Positions 63,607-64,000 of a stretch of 64,000 bases of DNA are shown here, one piece after another. The stretch is from Schmidtea polychroa (Eukaryota), in contig CM097887.1 of NCBI GenBank assembly GCA_044892525.1, forward strand, positions 73,098,001 through 73,162,000. The letters run 5' to 3'. The position numbers and the translations under genes are program-made. The first letter of the stretch is position 1. The number at the start of each line of letters is the position of its first letter. The notes beneath the pieces were generated by a model, which was not told the DNA's origin, did not search any database, and saw only the letters and a list, made by a program, of their open reading frames with translations.

Positions 63607-63645
63607 CACCTGATGATGACAGGAAAACTGTCGAAATTAATCGTG
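63607..63645 (+). ncRNA. Minimal type I hammerhead ribozyme motif
   Basis: CAC-CUGAUGA-U-GACAG gaaaa CUGUC-GAA-AUUAAU-C^GUG: 3-bp stem I, perfect 5-bp stem II, palindromic stem III, UC cleavage site. Confidence 0.75.
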
Positions 63646-63808
63646 AAAAGAATGTTTGATTGGCGTTATCTTATAATTTATTAATAATTTATAATAATAA
63701 AATAATCTATCCAATCAAATGTAAGAGATTACAATTTAATTAATTTAATAGTACAATGAATATTATCATTAATTATGATTTAAAAAACAAATACAATTAA
63801 TCATAACA

Positions 63809-64000
63809 ATGAATTCTCAAATAAAAGTACTTGTCAATTGCTGGTTTTGTGCAAAAAATACAAAAGTTTTTGAAAGAAATGTAAATTCTTTCACTTGTCC
63901 TAATTGTCATCAATATAATGGATTCAATGAAAATGGAGATTATAACAAAACAATTGTTGAACAGTTTGACAAAAGATTAAATCCAAGACCTTTCAAGCGT
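63809..64000 (+). CDS. TMEM201: TMEM201/Samp1/Ima1 N-terminal zinc-binding domain, runs off the window
   Basis: MNSQIKVLVNCWFCAKNTKV...NSFTCPNCHQYNGFNENGDYNK matches the Ima1_N CWFC...CP.C.QYNGF..DGDYN motif. Confidence 0.9.
   Translation, partial: MNSQIKVLVNCWFCAKNTKVFERNVNSFTCPNCHQYNGFNENGDYNKTIVEQFDKRLNPRPFKR

Larger units (their letters stand above)
62790..63690 (+). mobile_element. Penelope-like element derivative: direct repeat, GIY-YIG fragment, direct repeat
   Basis: Direct repeats at about 62790-62960 and 63530-63690 share ctgatgatgaca.gaaaactgt.gaaat..atcgtgaaaagaatgtttgattggcg and flank a GIY-YIG ORF. Confidence 0.82.

Overview
AT-rich eukaryotic (metazoan) genomic scaffold with four N-gaps. 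The organism cannot be assigned from the sequence alone. Host genes have mostly short (44-59 bp) introns: 3' part of a carnitine O-acetyltransferase (one 8.36-kb intron), FAIM, an intronless procollagen galactosyltransferase, a LysM-domain gene, a UFD1-like exon and the start of TMEM201/Ima1. The rest is dense with mobile DNA: a TSD-bounded decayed hAT, hAT, Merlin and piggyBac-like MITEs, solo LTRs, relics of REL-type LINE, gypsy and piggyBac, and a Penelope derivative with two minimal hammerhead ribozymes. Two intact Ty3/gypsy elements sit in inverted orientation. Main finding: the second gypsy copy (54279-60513) carries 1173 bp of the first copy's upstream flank, capped by a 4-5-nt LTR-terminus stub (TGTGA), and the whole 6.2-kb unit has its own perfect 5-bp TSD (ACGAC). 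This looks like flank capture or 5'-transduction by an LTR retrotransposon; an assembly chimera must be excluded. Also notable: an unclassified ~5.8-kb region of GC-rich spliced ORFs and structured RNA-like ends inside the large CRAT intron.
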